From: Alphaproteobacteria bacterium
Lineage (GTDB): Bacteria > Pseudomonadota > Alphaproteobacteria > MPNO01 > UBA830
Length of the DNA stretch: 64,000 bases
Direction of reading: 5' to 3'
Assembly (NCBI GenBank): GCA_964291215.2
Contig: OZ219791.1
Span: forward strand, 1,568,001 to 1,632,000
The notes below the pieces were generated by a model, which was not told the origin of the DNA, did no database searches, and saw only the letters and a list, made by a program, of their open reading frames with translations. Below, piece after piece: positions 61,220 through 64,000 of this stretch (positions are counted from its first letter, which is position 1; each line of letters begins with the position of its first letter). A program made the position numbers and the translations under genes.

Positions 61220-61906
61220 CTATCCCGCGTCGAGGGCGTAGCCGGCCGACCTGACGGTCCGGATCAGGTCCTTTTTGTTGTCCTTGTTGAGCGCCTTTCG
61301 CAACCGGCGGATATGCACGTCGACGGTTCTGGAATCGATGTAGAAATCGTGCCCCCAGATTGCGTCGATGAGCTGGTTGCGGGAGAACACGCGGCCCGGC
61401 CGTTCCATGAAATGGCGCAGCAGGCGGAACTCCGTCGGGCCGAGCGCGACCAGTTCGCTACCGCGCCGCACCTTGTACTCGGAAAGGCTCATTTCGACAT
61501 CTGCGTAGATCAGCTTCTCTTCGGTCAGAGCCGGGCGGGCGCGGCGGAGAACGGCGCGCATCCGTGCAAGCAGTTCGTCGGGTGCGACCGGCTTGGAAAT
61601 ATAGTCGTCGGCGCCGGTATCGAGGCCGCGTACGCGATCTGTTCGATCGCTGCGCGCAGTCAGCATGATGATCGGCAGGTCGCGGGTGGTGGTCCGGCGT
61701 CGCAGTTGGCGGCAGACCTCGATGCCGGACATGTGCGGCAGCATCCAGTCGAGAAGTACGATGTCTACGGGCCGTTCGTCGACGATCTCGAGAGCCCTTT
61801 CGCCGCTCTCAGTCGCCACGACATCGAACCCTCCGCGTTCGAGATTGTAGCGGAGGACATCCACAAGCGCGGTTTCGTCTTCGACGAGGAGCACTAGCGG
61901 CGTCAT
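61220..61906 (-). CDS. phoB: Phosphate regulon response regulator
   Basis: LLDWMLP, GLDTGADDY, LGPTEFRLL, RTVDVHIRRLRKALN, RTVRSAGY. Confidence 0.95.
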   Translation of the reverse strand: MTPLVLLVEDETALVDVLRYNLERGGFDVVATESGERALEIVDERPVDIVLLDWMLPHMSGIEVCRQLRRRTTTRDLPIIMLTARSDRTDRVRGLDTGADDYISKPVAPDELLARMRAVLRRARPALTEEKLIYADVEMSLSEYKVRRGSELVALGPTEFRLLRHFMERPGRVFSRNQLIDAIWGHDFYIDSRTVDVHIRRLRKALNKDNKKDLIRTVRSAGYALDAG

Positions 61907-62652
61907 TCCATCGCGTCCTCCGTCGTTCCCGAGAGTGGAAGTTCGAATGCTTCCGCTTCCCGGCCCCGCGGCCTCGCCGTGCGCAGCCGTTCTCCGTGCA
62001 CCAGGAAATAGATGGTTTCGGCGACGTTAGTGACGTGGTCGCCGATTCGCTCGACATTCTTGGCGATGAACAGGATCTGGGTGCAGACCGCGACGTGTTT
62101 GGGATTTTGGATTACCTGCAGCGCTTCGTGAAATACGCTGGCATAGGCGTTGTCCAGTGTTTCGTCGGCATGCCAGGCTTCGATGGCCCGGTCGGCGTCG
62201 CGGGCGATATAGGCGTCGAGCACGGTCTTGAGCATCTGCTGGGCAAGCTTGCTCATGCCCGGAATGGACTGGACCGGGCCAGCCGGCGGGGCTGCGGACA
62301 GCGTGATCGAGCGTTTCGCGATATTGGCCGCGTAGTCCCCGATCCGCTCGAGGTCGGATGAGATCTTGAGAGCGGCCACGATCTGGCGAAGATCTTGGGC
62401 CATCGGCTGGCGCAGCGCCAGCAGCCGCGTCGCCTTGATGTCGATCTCGTAGTTCAGATCGTCGATCAGGTCGTCGTCCGAGATGATCTCCTGCGCAAGG
62501 TCCGGATTGCGCTGCACGACAGCTTCCACCGCGCGGGTGATCTGCGATTCGGCGAGTCCGCCCATGTGGACGATGTCCTTGTCCAGATGTTCGAGTTCCT
62601 GAGCGTACGACTTGACGATGTGATCGCCGGGTGTCGGGGTACTGCTTGCCAT
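61903..62652 (-). CDS. phoU: Phosphate signalling protein PhoU
   Basis: HIVKSY, ALRQPMAQDLR, DLERIGDYAANIAKR, ERIGDHVTNVAE. Confidence 0.95.
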   Translation of the reverse strand: MASSTPTPGDHIVKSYAQELEHLDKDIVHMGGLAESQITRAVEAVVQRNPDLAQEIISDDDLIDDLNYEIDIKATRLLALRQPMAQDLRQIVAALKISSDLERIGDYAANIAKRSITLSAAPPAGPVQSIPGMSKLAQQMLKTVLDAYIARDADRAIEAWHADETLDNAYASVFHEALQVIQNPKHVAVCTQILFIAKNVERIGDHVTNVAETIYFLVHGERLRTARPRGREAEAFELPLSGTTEDAME

Positions 62653-62675
62653 GGCTGCGTCTCCGGATGCCCGCA

Positions 62676-63512
62676 TCAACCATATCTGCCGGTGATGTAG
62701 CCGTGCGTCCGTTCGTCTTTCGGGTTGGTGAACATGTTCTCGGTTTCGTCGACCTCGACGAGGCACCCGAGGTGGAAGAAGGCCGTTCTCTGGGAAACGC
62801 GGGCGGCTTGCTGCATCGAGTGCGTGACGATGACGATTGTGAAGCGTTCGCGCAACTCGTCGATCAACTCCTCGATGCGCGCGGTGGCAATCGGATCCAG
62901 GGCCGAGCACGGTTCGTCCATCAGGATGACGTCCGGGCTGACCGCGATGGCGCGGGCGATGCACAGGCGCTGCTGCTGACCGCCGGACAATCCGGTTCCG
63001 GGATCGCCGAGGCGGTCCTTTACCTCGTTGAGCAGGCCCGCCCGTTCCAGGCTGGAATGCACGACTTCGTCGAGATCGGTGCGGTTCGAGACGAGGCCGT
63101 GAATGCGCGGGCCGTAGGCGATGTTGTCGTAGATCGACTTGGGAAACGGGTTGGGCTTCTGGAACACCATGCCGACGCGCGCGCGAAGCTGCACGACATC
63201 CAGATTGCGGTCGTGGATGTCCTCGTTGTCGATCGCGATCTCTCCAGTAACGCGGCATCCCTCGATAACGTCGTTCATCCTGTTGAGGCAGCGCAGGAAG
63301 GTCGACTTGCCGCAACCCGACGGACCGATCAGCGCAATGACGCGGTTCTCGGGCACATCGAGATCGACATTGAACAGCGCCTGCTTTCCGCCATAGAAGA
63401 CCGACACGTCGCGCGCCCTGATCTTGATTGCCGGCGCCGCCGTCTCAAGCTCTTTGGTCATGTCCCCCGCCGCCAGCGCGGCCGATGCGATGTTCATGTC
63501 ATCCCTCATCAA
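62676..63512 (-). CDS. pstB: Phosphate ABC transporter ATP-binding protein
   Basis: [45 protein letters not shown]. Confidence 0.96.
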   Translation of the reverse strand: MMRDDMNIASAALAAGDMTKELETAAPAIKIRARDVSVFYGGKQALFNVDLDVPENRVIALIGPSGCGKSTFLRCLNRMNDVIEGCRVTGEIAIDNEDIHDRNLDVVQLRARVGMVFQKPNPFPKSIYDNIAYGPRIHGLVSNRTDLDEVVHSSLERAGLLNEVKDRLGDPGTGLSGGQQQRLCIARAIAVSPDVILMDEPCSALDPIATARIEELIDELRERFTIVIVTHSMQQAARVSQRTAFFHLGCLVEVDETENMFTNPKDERTHGYITGRYG

Positions 63513-63521
63513 ATTCGCATG

Positions 63522-64000
63522 CTACCAGCGCCGTTCAAATTTCTTTCGGAGGAGAACGGCAAGCAGGTTCATGATCACCAGGAAGCCGAGCAGCACGATG
63601 ATTGCAGCGCCGGTTCTCTCGGCAAACGCCCGTTCCGGGAGATCGCTCCAGAGGAAAATCTGCACCGGCAGGACGGTCGAGGCGCTGAGCGGCCCGCCGG
63701 GAATGTCGACGATGAAGGCGACCATGCCGATCATCAAGAGCGGCGCCGTCTCTCCCAGGGCCTGGGCCATGCCGATGATGGTGCCGGTCAGGATGCCGGG
63801 CAGCGCCAGCGGCAGGACATGGTGGGTCACGGTCTGCACCTGTGAAGCGCCGACGCCGAGCGCCGCTTCGCGGATCGATGGCGGCACCGCCTTGAGAGCG
63901 GCGCGAGTGGCGATGATGATGGTCGGCAGCGTCATCAGCGCGAGCACGATGCCGCCGACCAGGGGGGCCGACCGCGGCAGGCCGAAGAAATTGAGAAAGA
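63522..64000 (-). CDS. pstA: Phosphate ABC transporter permease, C-terminal part (5' end outside the window)
   Basis: LALMTLPTIIIATR, SIREAALGVGAS, AQALGETAPL. Confidence 0.93.
   Translation of the reverse strand, partial: FLNFFGLPRSAPLVGGIVLALMTLPTIIIATRAALKAVPPSIREAALGVGASQVQTVTHHVLPLALPGILTGTIIGMAQALGETAPLLMIGMVAFIVDIPGGPLSASTVLPVQIFLWSDLPERAFAERTGAAIIVLLGFLVIMNLLAVLLRKKFERRW

Noticed and set aside
61903-63315. 470-aa ORF containing PhoU
   Set aside because: Its N-terminal half is an off-frame overlap with pstB; PhoU starts at ~62652.

Overview
GC-rich alphaproteobacterial chromosome segment. The taxonomy is inferred from topA-rnr-rpmG, fxsA/Tim44/mltA, aapJQMP and pst-phoU-phoB. The host genes look intact: UbiD-family + ligJ, pntAB, an amino-acid ABC transporter, ComDE-like decarboxylase, SorAB-like sulfite dehydrogenase, a Mo-hydroxylase subunit, TRAP and TTT transporters, recD2, typA, ampG and pst/pho. 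Between them lie a DUF4338-ISAs1-like element (27799-30854) with its ~190-bp MITE family (all with 9-bp target duplications), and a ~13.7-kb mobile-element graveyard (36226-49876) whose nesting can be resolved from TIRs and TSDs. The graveyard holds two IS66-type elements that each carry a DPPY adenine methyltransferase gene, a group II twintron, a minimal large-serine-recombinase element integrated into the intron RT gene, and IS5, IS1634, IS256 x2 and IS630 elements. The most unusual signal is that almost all mobile-element coding DNA is peppered with short, often microhomology-bounded deletions. Several appear at identical sites in paralogues whose point differences are mostly synonymous, while host genes, the MITEs and one IS-borne methyltransferase are spared. 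All calls are by-eye motif recognition; no database searches were run.
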